From Raillietiella orientalis (Eukaryota): a DNA stretch of 64,000 nt. The position numbers and the translations under genes were made by a program. The stretch is taken from assembly GCA_036172245.1 (NCBI GenBank), contig JAYWIR010000041.1, positions 1,426,001 through 1,490,000 on the forward strand, in the 5' to 3' direction. The notes beneath the pieces were generated by a model that did no database searches, was not told the origin of the DNA, and saw only the letters and a program-made list of their open reading frames with translations. Shown in pieces: positions 25,941 through 37,700 of the stretch; within the stretch, counting starts at the first letter, position 1; the number at the start of each line of letters is the position of its first letter.

Positions 25941-28900
25941 AGATCATCACTAATCGCTGTGAATATTTCTTGTTCGAACGAGTTCCGGAAAAATGCCATG
26001 TCCGAAGATAGGTCAATGGTTTGAACCCCGTGAAGCACCTGAACTTCCCTTGCCATTCAGTGATGCCTTCGCAAGTGTGTCAGGAGTGTTTCAAGGAATT
26101 ATTTTTTTTGACTTCAGGTTGATTCAAGTCCCACTCTGTAGATGCTTCAGCCCAAAGTACTGATTTAGGGGAAAATGAGGGCTTTTTATTGGGAATTGTC
26201 TGCGGGGTTTCAGATTAATGGTGAATAGAGACCATCATCACATCTTCCAGGATACTTCACCTCCCATGAAGTGCAACCTTAGAAGCTGTGCGGATGTGAG
26301 GGACGTTTCCCAGACGAGCTCCCATTTTCGTCAGCTATTCTTAGAAACTGAGAGTTGCTAATGGTACTATGTATTTTATCAATTTCACTAGTCCATAATA
26401 TGGAAACCATAGTATCTTGTTTTGCATGTTCTGGAGAGAAGTGGCTACAAGAAAACTTTTTTTGCTGCGTCAAAAGTAACATTGGCTCCTGGACTCTGGA
26501 TTGCAATGGGTTCGTGTAGTTTTTGCAAGTAGCACTGAGGGCCCCTCAATGTTAGCAAAGAAACTTTGGGACCGGAAATATGGAAAGGCTAGGCTGAATT
26601 TCGTATCAGCTCTTTCCTTCGAGAAAGAGAAGAGTGAAAGGAGCGGAACAGATGAACAGAAACTGCGACAATGTAAAACGCGAAGGTTGGCAGAGATAAA
26701 CCGATAGCTTTGCTTCCGCACCTCGGTGTTTCATTTTGCAAGGATGTATGAATGTTCTGCTGAAGAATCTGAAGTAAAGAAACTTCCAGCACAAGCACCT
26801 TCAGAGTGTTTGCTCAAAATCGCAGGAGGTAGTTTTGCGTTTTAGACTGAGTACTGTTTGATTTCAGAGCTCGATACGCCAAGGAGAAATACGGTCCGCA
26901 AATGAAGACAGATCCCGTGGTGAAGAGTTCACTCGCCCCTAGCCTTTCATATACACTTCGGATCCCATTTGATTTACTTGGGGTCCCCGTCGTCGATAGC
27001 TGTTGTTATAAGAGCCTTCAGTCGCAGATAGCCGTTTCCAAGGATGAACGCCTTGCTTCAAGACGCTGTTCCATTTTTCATTGCCGTATGAGATGGTGAC
27101 AGTGTGAGTCGCAATTCAGCAGGAAATTTAGTTTTGCGATAACGAGAGATCCGAAAAGCACTGGCAAAGAAGGAACCGTGAAGAAAGAAGGCTTTCCCAA
27201 TGAATGGACAATCACGTACGCGTTCACAGAAAGTCAGTCCTAGGCGTCCACGTGGTGATCGTGTCCGCAGGGTGCGACTCACAGAGCAGATTCGAAACCC
27301 GGAAGCGACAATTCCTTACACCAAACGGGCGACTTGGCTGTTGGTGTTGGAGCTACTGCTGCTCCATGAAAGCTGGTGCTCTGTGAAAGTGATGGTCCGT
27401 CCACAAGAGCTACCGCATGAAAGGGAACCTTGAATGCCAAGCACACCAATGAATCATTTGATCCATCATTTGACGTTTGAGAATTCGGGACGTTTCTTAC
27501 CATCTCCGTTCACGCTCCGTTAGAGACTCACCAATGGGTGTTTGAGGTTGCAGAGCACAGTCCGATTGGAAAAGAGCAAGTCGACAATTTTTGGTGATTT
27601 TCGGTAGGAATAACTTGCTAATGATAGCTAAAAATTCTAATAAATGCACTGTAATTACGAACTTTAAAGAACTTGACTGATACGGAATAAAAGAACCTCT
27701 CACCTCAAGTTCTCTGCAAATATTTGCTCGAAATTCGATGAATAAGCCAAAAAAAGAGAATAAAAGAGATGGCGTTCACTTTGCCCGTTTACAGTGGCCA
27801 TCCGTTCCATTCTCTTCCCGAGAAACAGATTTCTTTCCATTTCACAGTTACTCGAAGCAAACACGTGCATCTCACCAACGTGTGCTTTCCTTGCAGAAGT
27901 TTAGCTCCAGATTTCTCTCAATTCATACGAACAAAGGCGCACTGTCATCAAAGGCGAAAGGAATGAAAAGGATCCATCCGAGGAGCTTCAGCAAACAGTT
28001 TTCTGTGGACGGTTCTCGCTGAGCTGGAAAAATACTGCATTGACCGTATCCATCGGAGCAGATTTCAACTGCTACCAATTAAGTGTACTATTAGAGGTGG
28101 AAAAAATCATCTTTCAACTTTTCTTTTTTGTACTCTCCTCTGTGGTGAAATAGGAGCATACCTTCGTCGAGCAAAGGTCGCAGGAATTTGGAATTCTGAG
28201 CACACACAGACAGAAAGAAATAACTGTGCACGAGAAATACGAGATGACAACGAGACGAAGACAAAGCATTTATGAGGGATGCGAGAATTCGTCTTCTTCG
28301 TGAGATTGCCTTGCGAAACACTTGCACTGCCGCTTCTTCGCTCTCTCTGCTTTGGGATGGACCTCATGATGGCAGTGACGGAAACACCGCGTTCCTTCTC
28401 AGCACTCAAGAGAATGCTTTGACGACATGACTTCGTGAATCGAAAAATTTAAATCACTCTTCTGATCAAGCTAGAGATTTACATATGCAGAAACATATGC
28501 TAAGCCATACTATGAAAAGGGATTCAATCCGAAAATGCGTAAGTCATAAGTGCTTTCGTGATGCTCACGAGTTAGAGCAGAGGAGGAAGATCCTGATGTT
28601 GAGACAACTGAAGCCTTATTTGCCCAATATCGGTGTCCCTTTCATTTTTTTCCTGCATCACAATGAAGTGATCCCAAGAGAGATACCACCAAAATAAGTG
28701 GCTTTATGCCGGATATCTCGCCCTTATTCTGAAATGCTTTTGTCGGCCCTTCTACGACGGAGGATATGCAGTTCCTCTATCACATGAAAAAAAAAATCCA
28801 TCATTCCATGAAAACCGTGCATTATTCCACATTTCCAGTTCACTTAATTGTCTCTGGAAAGCTCATTATTGCGAATTTAGGGATCTCCAGCAAAATTCCT

Positions 28901-29099
28901 GAACATTGCTTTTGGCGTTTCTGTAACTCGAAGGTTATAAATTTCTTGAGGCTGATTTCTACGGTTCTAATTCTTCCGATCCAAATAAAACTCAGATCTT
29001 TTCCCCTTTTGAATGGTTTTTCGATTGATTTTCTTTTTCCTTTTTTTTTTCCTGCTTTTTTTGGATTTTGACCCTTCCTTCTCTAATGGATTCTGGTTT

Positions 29100-29880
29100 T
29101 TGATTGCAGCTCCGTGCTTCTGTTTCTCACCTGGGTGCGGCGGGGCGTTTATCCCTAAACTATCCAGGAACAGAGTTCCCGGACAAAAGACACAGAAGAA
29201 ACGAATGGGGGGGATCCCCGACACGCAGGTCGGTAAACCAAAAGTCCGGAACGGGAGGGAGGGGACCACAAATACACATATAAAAAATAGAAATGAAGAT
29301 CTGGGGAGGGTAGGGGACAGGGGTCTCTGGTTTGGCCGTTCCTTTCCTTCAGAACCGGCTATGGATGCCGGTGATCTCGCTCCTAACGTCCTCTGGAAGA
29401 TGGGCCCGACGTCATGTTCTCGCCGGCTATTCAGGTGGCCTGTCGACGAATCGTCAGCTTCTCCAACTCTCGGTGGGCCTTGTCGATGGCGCGGGTGCAA
29501 CAGACCGTTGCGATGACAGCACCTAAGGACAGGCCGCCTGGCGTGAAGAAGCGGCGCATCGAATCCTTTGCGGTGTCCCCCTGGAGCAGGAGAGCTGAAA
29601 CCAGCCTCCGCCACAGTCCTTGAAGGACACCGCAGTCCAAGAGCAGGTGCGGGAGCGTTTCCACTTCCCCGCACCGTTTACAGTTTGGGGAGGCAACTCC
29701 CCCGGAAACACGGTTCGTCCGCTGGTTGGAGTAAAAACCCCAATGCACCAGCATGATGACGTCCTGTTTCCAGCTCAAAGGAAACACAGAAGTGCTCAAA
29801 CAGGAGGGAGGGACCACAAGTTCTTCGGGAGGCACACTCAAATGCTCCGTGCCTCTATCTCTCTAGATCGTTTCCTATCT
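29100..29880 (-). mobile_element. 3' fragment of a Tx1/L1-like retrotransposon (ORF2 C-terminal CCHC zinc finger and 3' UTR)
   Basis: CKRCGEVETLPHLLLDCGVLQGLWRRL matches the zf-RVT-type C-x2-C..E(T/S)xxH...C..W motif; homologous to the copy at ~62.5-63.9 kb. Confidence 0.8.
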
Positions 29881-32333
29881 TCCGGAGACTGTTTTCATTC
29901 ATGTTTTGCAACTCATAAGATAACTCGAACGGTCACTTCTCTATGCATTTAATACACCCATAAGGAATCTCAAAAGATGAAATTATTTATGTATTTATTT
30001 GTTGCATGACTGGAGGAATCGCGTAATAAATCTTGCTGAATTAAACACATAAGGACAAGAGTGAAAGCAGTGAATCAGAATGATTAGAATAGGTTAGACA
30101 GCAGAAAATTGTTTACTCAACTCGAGTCATGATTCCTGGACCACACAGACCGTGTGGTATCTGCGAAAGCAAAGAGAGTTACTTCTCCACAGGATGACGG
30201 GTCATCTTGAACGGTGGGGGCTGCTTGGCCACACGGAAATCATTCGATCTGATCATCCTGGCTTGCCTGTGAGAAACTTTTGAGACCACGGAAAGCACGA
30301 AGAGAACTTGACCGAAAGAGAACAACGCAGGCTTAAGGAAGAGAGTCACACCAAGCGCGGATCCTCACATAGCCGATAAGGAGGAAGGTGTTTTCTACAA
30401 ATGGCCAACCGTTTCCAAAACAAAGGTGTGGCGGTCGCTCGCTCGATAAGCGGATGCTGGACATCGTGTACAGCATCCTAACAAGTCGGAAATAATTAAA
30501 GGAACCTGCTGGCTTGCGTGCCCTCCGCATAATGGCCAAGAGATCTGACTGAACCATGACCCACCAAACTTCTGCAGCTTCTTCTGATCGCCTTTCTGTT
30601 CTTGATGCTATCCCGTTATCTTAAAATACTGCAAGATAAACAAAATTTGTTCCGACATTAGTTTTCAAGAGAATTTCTGACATTTGCCGACTAAACCTTC
30701 ATACCAAATGGTTGCTGACGAGATATGCTGCAAATTTCTATAAATGACCTCATAAAACATTCTATTCCTCCGCTGAAAAGGTAGGAGCCCGAAACGGAAA
30801 ATCCTTATCCTAACTTTTGCTCCTTCCCCGCCCCTTAGAGCTTCCAGATTGGAAACTTTTTGATCACCTAGACCGAGAATGCTAAATTTATTAATTTATA
30901 TAATTTGTTAAATTAATAATCTTTTCCATTTCATTTCCAGTTAGAATTCTTTGATAGAATCCTGGCAGCGCTAAAGAATGCTGATGAGTTCTGGCAAAAT
31001 TTCCGCGACAAATATCTTCATGAGGAGATAAAAAACAAACGATGTACACAGATCTAATTTTTGGGAATTTCCACTTTGCCATGACGTCAAACTGTGGATA
31101 TGGTCCCGACCACAATGGAAAGCTATGAGCGAAGTTTTCAATCTAAGCTTTCCAAAGAGCCCCATTCAGAATTGATTTTCCAGGCATGCTAAATAGAGAA
31201 TCCTATGCAAAGAAATCAACTCATGACTCCATAAACCTTGAGCAGTCGAAAAGCAGCTAATTAGGTTTCAAATTTTCCATTATCCATGGTTACTAATCTG
31301 ACTGAAGGAAACTGCACTTCAACCCATATTTGCGATAGTGCCATGAGCAGCCATGAGATGTTTCCCAATAAAAGGAAATGCCCAATGATGGTACATATGA
31401 GCGTATGAATCGGTTTCCCAGCAGGAATACGAGCAGCATATGAGGGAAGGTTTAACGGCAGGAAAAGTAGGGAGTTATTCGGTCCTTGTGGGCTGTGTGT
31501 TTGAGGCAATTAGGTTTCTCCTTCTTTGAGAGCAGCAATGGAAAATCGCCGTAATGATTGCATCTTTTTGGTAGGCATGAACCACGCTTCATGGATATCC
31601 CGTTTTCGTGTTGCTGTTTCCTGTAATGGGATGGTGTTTCCTCTTAGAAATGCATGGGAACCGAATGCCTCGATAATTCCAGAGTTTCAGATTCTCTTGT
31701 TCTCATATGGCAAACACTCAGGACTGGTATTTGTCAGGCTTGATGAAAAGAAAACGCTTTCTTTGCACTTCGAGCACACGTAGAGTCGATTGCAAGACGA
31801 TTTTTCCACGATGAACCACAAGCAGGTACAAAGAAGCAGCTAGCCGAAACCTGGCGCAATGTTTTCTAGGGAACACCTTACTCTAGAACATACCCTCTCT
31901 CAGGTTTGTTCCAGAAAATTTTCCACGAAAACGCCGTCATTCCGTAGGTCATCTTACAAGCTATTCCCAGTGACGAAAAGTTGCCATAGTATCCTCATGT
32001 GATTTTACTTATTGTCTAATGCAATCAAATCGGCAGTTCCTTTGGCCACGTTTCTACTCTATGATATGCTTAGTGTATGCTGGTTGAAAAGCGTTGGGAC
32101 ACTAATGATGCTGTTCTGGAAATCCTGAAGAAGGAAATCCCAGCTGATGTGAAGTTTGTTAAAACTCCGATACTGGAAAACTTGGGAACAAGAATGGCAG
32201 AAGAGATTATTCCTGAGCCATTTCTCTCGTCAACCACCATTCCGCTTGTGAACCCCATATGCTGAAGATAACTTAGGCGCACCCTGTTGTGTGCATAACT
32301 TGGAGTCTGTCTCTAAGTTACCCAAACGGCACG

Positions 32334-32394
32334 CTACACTTGTGTGTAGCATGCTTAGAGACAGACTCTCAGTTAGCCCAAAGGCCGAGAAGCG
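32334..32394 (-). pseudogene. U2: U2 snRNA 5'-end fragment (about nt 3-24 and 28-36), interrupted by an insert
   Basis: Minus strand of 32373-32394 reads cgcttctcggcctttgggctaa, 21/22 identical to recalled U2 CGCTTCTCGGCCTTTTGGCTAA; 32334-32342 reads caagtgtag. No Sm site or 3' half seen. Confidence 0.75.
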
Positions 32395-34741
32395 TCTCTA
32401 AGCATTCTCGACTCAGCTGAATTGTGAACGTTTGGAAATTTCATGTTAGCAGATTAGCGGAAATCTCTGCACTTAGGAGCGATTCGAAGTAAACAGCAGA
32501 CAGATGAGATGACTGTAGCCTGGATGCATATCAGTTCTCTGCTAAAAAACAAAGTTGTTCTTCCATTACATCCGTTCGTTCGGGTCAGATTGCGTTCGAA
32601 TACATTAGTAGTGTCCTCGTTTGCAAGTACACGACAGAGGGCCGAATACTGAGTGATCATTCTCTTGTAGGTATTGGCCGGTAGTAGTTGACCTGCGAAA
32701 ATATGAAGATCGACAGCAGAGGATTCCCTTTGAAGTTGTCTGACAGTTCTCAGTAACCATCACTGTCATGATTTTTAGAGGTATTCCTTCACCTTTCATT
32801 ATTTTGAAGGAAAATTCTTGAAGGTTCGGGAAAGGTGCGAGAGTTTGTACAGAGCTGGGGATCAGAAAAGATGGTAGAATTCAGGAGATATGCTAGAAGG
32901 CTATCTCAGACTCCTGCTCCACTCTGCTCCCATTAGATGAACCGACTGATTAGGAATCAGTCGATTAGGCTCAAGATGATGACCATGGTGATGACGCTCG
33001 CATTTCGGATGTGAATGGGAATAATTAAAACTGTGACAAGGCCACATCCATGAGACAAAAATGTGGAAAAAAAAATATTTGAAAAAAAATATCGGGATAG
33101 AAGCAGTCTGATGTTTCTATCGGAGGAACCGGCTGCTTCATCTGAATTTCAAGAGCATTTATCTTTCATCATCAGAGCAGCGCATGTCGAGAGAGGTTGG
33201 CTGGAATTTCACCGCAATGCTAATGCAGAATCCTTGAAGCTCACTAATTGTGGTATTCGATGTTTTTTTGCAGACTGTCAAAATCAGTAACTACATTGCC
33301 AACTAACTACATCTGCAGCATCACTGCCTCATTTCGCTTTTTCCTCTGGCAAAGCGAAATGAGGCCGGACGTTACTTGATACGGGGGGAAATTTCCTTTT
33401 ATTTCAGAAATGCGAAGTCACGGATTTTTTGAATCCCTGGGAAGATGCGAAGTCTTTTTAAATCTTTTCCTCACAATGGACCAGCGTCGGCAATTTGATG
33501 GGATTCTCAATTTCAGATCAGTCAGAGTAGAGCACTTGTCTGTTTTCGCATTACCTGCATTTTCCATTTATATCTTGGAGCACGCTTCGTCTGCATCTAC
33601 CTGCAGAGCTAAGCCAGAGAGGCAGTCCCAGAACTCGAACTGGAGACCCTCAACGCCCTGCCGAACGGTGGTCCTATGCAATTGATGTGAGTCTCGATGA
33701 AGAGCTGCTTCCTGTGAGAGCACCTCGTCGTTCCGGCCGAACTCATACGAGAATGAGAGAATTATGGGGAATATGCTGGTAGCCTATGCGTATTACGAGA
33801 CTGAACCGTGAAATGTTGTGAGATTAATGCCAACGAAGGATTCTCATTAAATCACTGTGAGAAAAATGAAAGCTTTCCGATTTTTCAGAAAACTCTCTTC
33901 CGGAAGACCTGGGATGAACGGAACCAGCACCTCCGCCCACGCACTAATGCGATTCCGATACAAGACTTACTTTGCAATGGGTTTGAGCAAATCAGAATTG
34001 TGCCAAAGGCAGAAAGAAAGAAAAAAAAAAAAAAAAAAAAAAAAAGGGAGACAAAATACAACACCTTTAGTCTCACAAGTGGACCGGGAACCATTCGGTT
34101 TCCACATCCACTTGCTGAAGCTTTCTTCACGGGAACGAAAGTTTGCAGGAAAAAATTTACTTCACAAAAGGGAAAAGATCAGAACGAATTAATTACCTTC
34201 CAAGAGTTCTGATTTTTCCTTTTTGAGTTTTGATACTTTTCCTCGAAACACATTTCGAGGTCACGATTTATTATAATTTGTTCAATACGGCACAACATGC
34301 AGATGGTAAAGATGTCTACAATAATATATATATATGTGCTATACTGTTTCCATTGCAACAAGACTAGCAACGATCATGGAAACTGGATCTACGACGGATC
34401 ACTGTGGTCTCAAAAGCAATTTCCCTCCACGGTTTCTTCTTTCAGCTTCGTCTAATAAGCGCAGCATCTATTCATTTCCATATAATACAGGTAGGGAGAA
34501 TCATGAAACCGCCAAAGGATGAATACAAACATCCATTCGAGTCAGACTCTGAATAGTTTCCCGGAATCTGAACAAAAAAATAATGGAAGGATTTTTGGAA
34601 GAACTTGTAAATAATGCATTTGAAATTTGTCCCTTTGCATTTTCCACTTTATGCTGTTTCATGCTATTTCGTATTCTGCTTTCGCTTCACACACTGTTCC
34701 CATCTTCACTAGAATTGAGCTCATTCTTCCCATCATTGAAG

Positions 34742-34797
34742 AAGCAGAAAATAAAAGCAGATAATAAAATAAAAGCAGCAAATAATTAAAAGCAGAA
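34742..34797. repeat. Short imperfect A-rich tandem repeat with (taa)aagcag core, about 4 units
   Basis: aagcagaaaataaaagcagataataaaataaaagcagcaaataattaaaagcag. Confidence 0.6.
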
Positions 34798-37700
34798 GAG
34801 AACGGAGGGGAGGCCAGTCAGCAAGTACAAGCATAAGGTTCGCAGAAATGGAAGCATTTGCTGAAGAAAAGGAGATCAGAACCAAAAAGAGGATTCGAAA
34901 ATGCATTTAAAACACAAAAAATAAGTAATCTCTCACTAAATGTATAAAATGCACTAAAATATTCCTCCTGTTTTCCTACATGAGCCACAAAAGGCACCCG
35001 AGTGCCGATGCAGTGTACAACGGAGAGCTCTTCGAAACTCTCCGTCCAAGGAAACCTTTGAGGACCATTCGTTTCATCTGAAAAGCCATTCGTTGCAGCA
35101 CGGGAATTGACATGCATTGAGGGAAAGAAGCCTGGGTGCCTCTGCTTTCCTTTCTGGACGGTGGCTGCCGAAGAGTAGGGACCTGTCCCACGATCGGTAT
35201 AGGGAAACCGAAACCTGGTGTGAAATGGCCATTCTCTCAAAAGAATTTCAAGGTGCTGCCTTGAGGTCAGCGGACTTGCGTTGGTTTCAGCTTTTGACTT
35301 TTGGTTCTTGGATGATTCACAAGGAACAACAACCAGATGAGGATGGCAATACTGATTTCTATAAATACTAAGAAATCTTTATCCTATATTCTTAAAACGG
35401 AAGTCCCTTGGTTTCATTTTATGCGTTTTGGTCGCTGACACACTCGGGATACATATGAGTAGCTGCTGTATCAGTTTTCAAATCAATTTCTGACATCTAC
35501 AGCAACTGCTACTCCTGTAAATGCATCACCGGCTGGTGCTTGCGTATCCAAAAATTGCCTGTAATGTCTGATGGAGCATTCTCTTGATTGACCATCATTT
35601 AACGAACGGCATTAACAAATGCAGTTCTTCGGAGTTTTTTTGACCAAGTCAACTCGGTGTCATCGAAAGCATGCTGTGGCATCATTTGGATTTTAGTTGC
35701 ACTGGCAACCCTCACTTCATTCCCTACAAACAGTCTTGTACTGCATATCAAGAGAGCTGATGAGACTGATTTCATGAACATAATCGAGCCACTCTATTAG
35801 ATATCTCTGACACATTAAAAATGGAAAAGTACCTAAATGTCAAAGTTAAACAGAACTGCAGACGGTAATTTTGAGCATTGCTTTTACTTCCCTTTGCCTT
35901 TTTGGCTTCTCTCCTTGCTATAGGCAGTGACGAGGATGCTCTTTTCAGCATCTTGGATCGACTGCTTCCTGAGTGGGGACATGACACTGCTGCGGCTACT
36001 CTAAAACATCTAAAAAAACAAAAAAATCTACGAGCATAATAAAGCTCGCCATCTTTTTCAGGGCACATGACACGTCATTCGAAAGAATGCCTTCATTTCT
36101 CAGCAACGTATTATTACTGATTGAAGTGTTCCAAAAAACTTCACATGTTGACGCTGATGGACTGACTTTCGTAGAACCCGAGTACGAAATTATCAGAACT
36201 GATCCGCGCTGTCTTTCTGACTGTCCTTAACTCTCTCGGGTCATTTTTTTTGCCCGAGAGCGTCTTAGACCACGTTTCTTTTCAAACCCATCAAATGGCC
36301 CTTCTTTTCGCCGTGGTAGACGAGAATCGGTGAGGGAAGGATTCCACGCATGCGAATCATCTCAGCATTTCTGGAAATCCAGAATTTGAAGATGGACTCC
36401 TCAAAGACTGCTCTCCTCAAAGTGTTTTTGGAGACTCCAGGAAAAGAGTTTTGTGACCGGATTAATGAGCTGCCGGTAATTGGAATCCTTTGATTAGATT
36501 GAATCGAATTCAATTGTGTTGAAAGTCCTCCACCACTCCGATTCGTTGTGCGTGGCATCTGCACAGGAAATCAAGGACTTTTTGTCCTTTCTGTAAATTG
36601 AGAGGATTTCCGAGGAAAGATTTCAAAGAAAATTTTCATGTCACCGAATCTCCGATTTTGTGAGTGATGCTAATTGAATGTTAGCTTCAATTTTAGTGTC
36701 TGGGAAGGCCATTCTCCAGATGTGACCTTGTCAATTTCTTGCCGTTTCTTCCTTATGTATCGATATTTTTTTTTTTCCTTTTTTTTTTTTTTTTTTTTTC
36801 TTCTCAAATTCATCTGTCTTTCGAAAGTTTCTCGTGTCTCATGATTTCGAATTAAGAGGTGATTCCATCATTCTGCACTTACTCGAACCAATCAGTTGCA
36901 GCTCAATTCAGAAAGCCTGTTTGGTCTTCATCTCGTTCTCCTTTGTGTTCATTATCTTTTCAAGCTTAAAATACATCCTACCTGCCACTCATCAAAATCA
37001 TTACAGCGGATGGTTCTGACTCTTGCATCTCTTATTCTGAAATGCTTTCAGCTGGGTCCTTTTTTTCATGCAGGATTCGGCATTACGTGATGATAGATTT
37101 TTTAACGTGGCGTCTCCTCACCTGTTTTCTTTTCCGATTTCATGGAGGGAACAAAACAAAAGAAACAGTCGGTAGAAATAAGAAGGAAGAAAAAGGAATA
37201 TTGGATTTGCGTTTTCGTGAAAATTTCCTTTTTCAGCTCTTTTTTCTTTCCCTTCCGAGAGACGCGTTCAAGAAAATTCCATCTCCCTGGTCCACAGTGC
37301 GCTTACCCATCGGTGCGAATACTCATCCCACTGCTCCCCGTTTCTCTTAACACGCTAAGTACATTGTATATTTTGAACACGTATCATTGAGATCTACCAC
37401 TTTCGGAATGAATGAACTTCCCAGCTGAAGCGATCCACTCTGGGTCTCCTCGTTCTCAAATCAAAACCTACAAAAAGCTACGTCATCTGTGACGTAACCA
37501 GCAGCGTACGGCTGGAAGAGCTGGGAGTCCGTGGGCCCGAAGCTCCGCGCAGCAACAGACGCAGCATCACGGAGCAACCACTTTCCCCGCTCGGCACGGC
37601 TGCCATTCCGGTGGAGAGGAACTTCTCTGAAATGTTGGACATATTACTGTCATTTTGATAACGTGATCACTCTTTTAGTTGCTTTCGGCGCAGTGCTGAG

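Noticed and set aside
26395..26470. TIVSCFACSGEKW resembling a BIR domain
   Set aside because: The remaining His/Cys ligands and the N-terminal BIR motifs are absent
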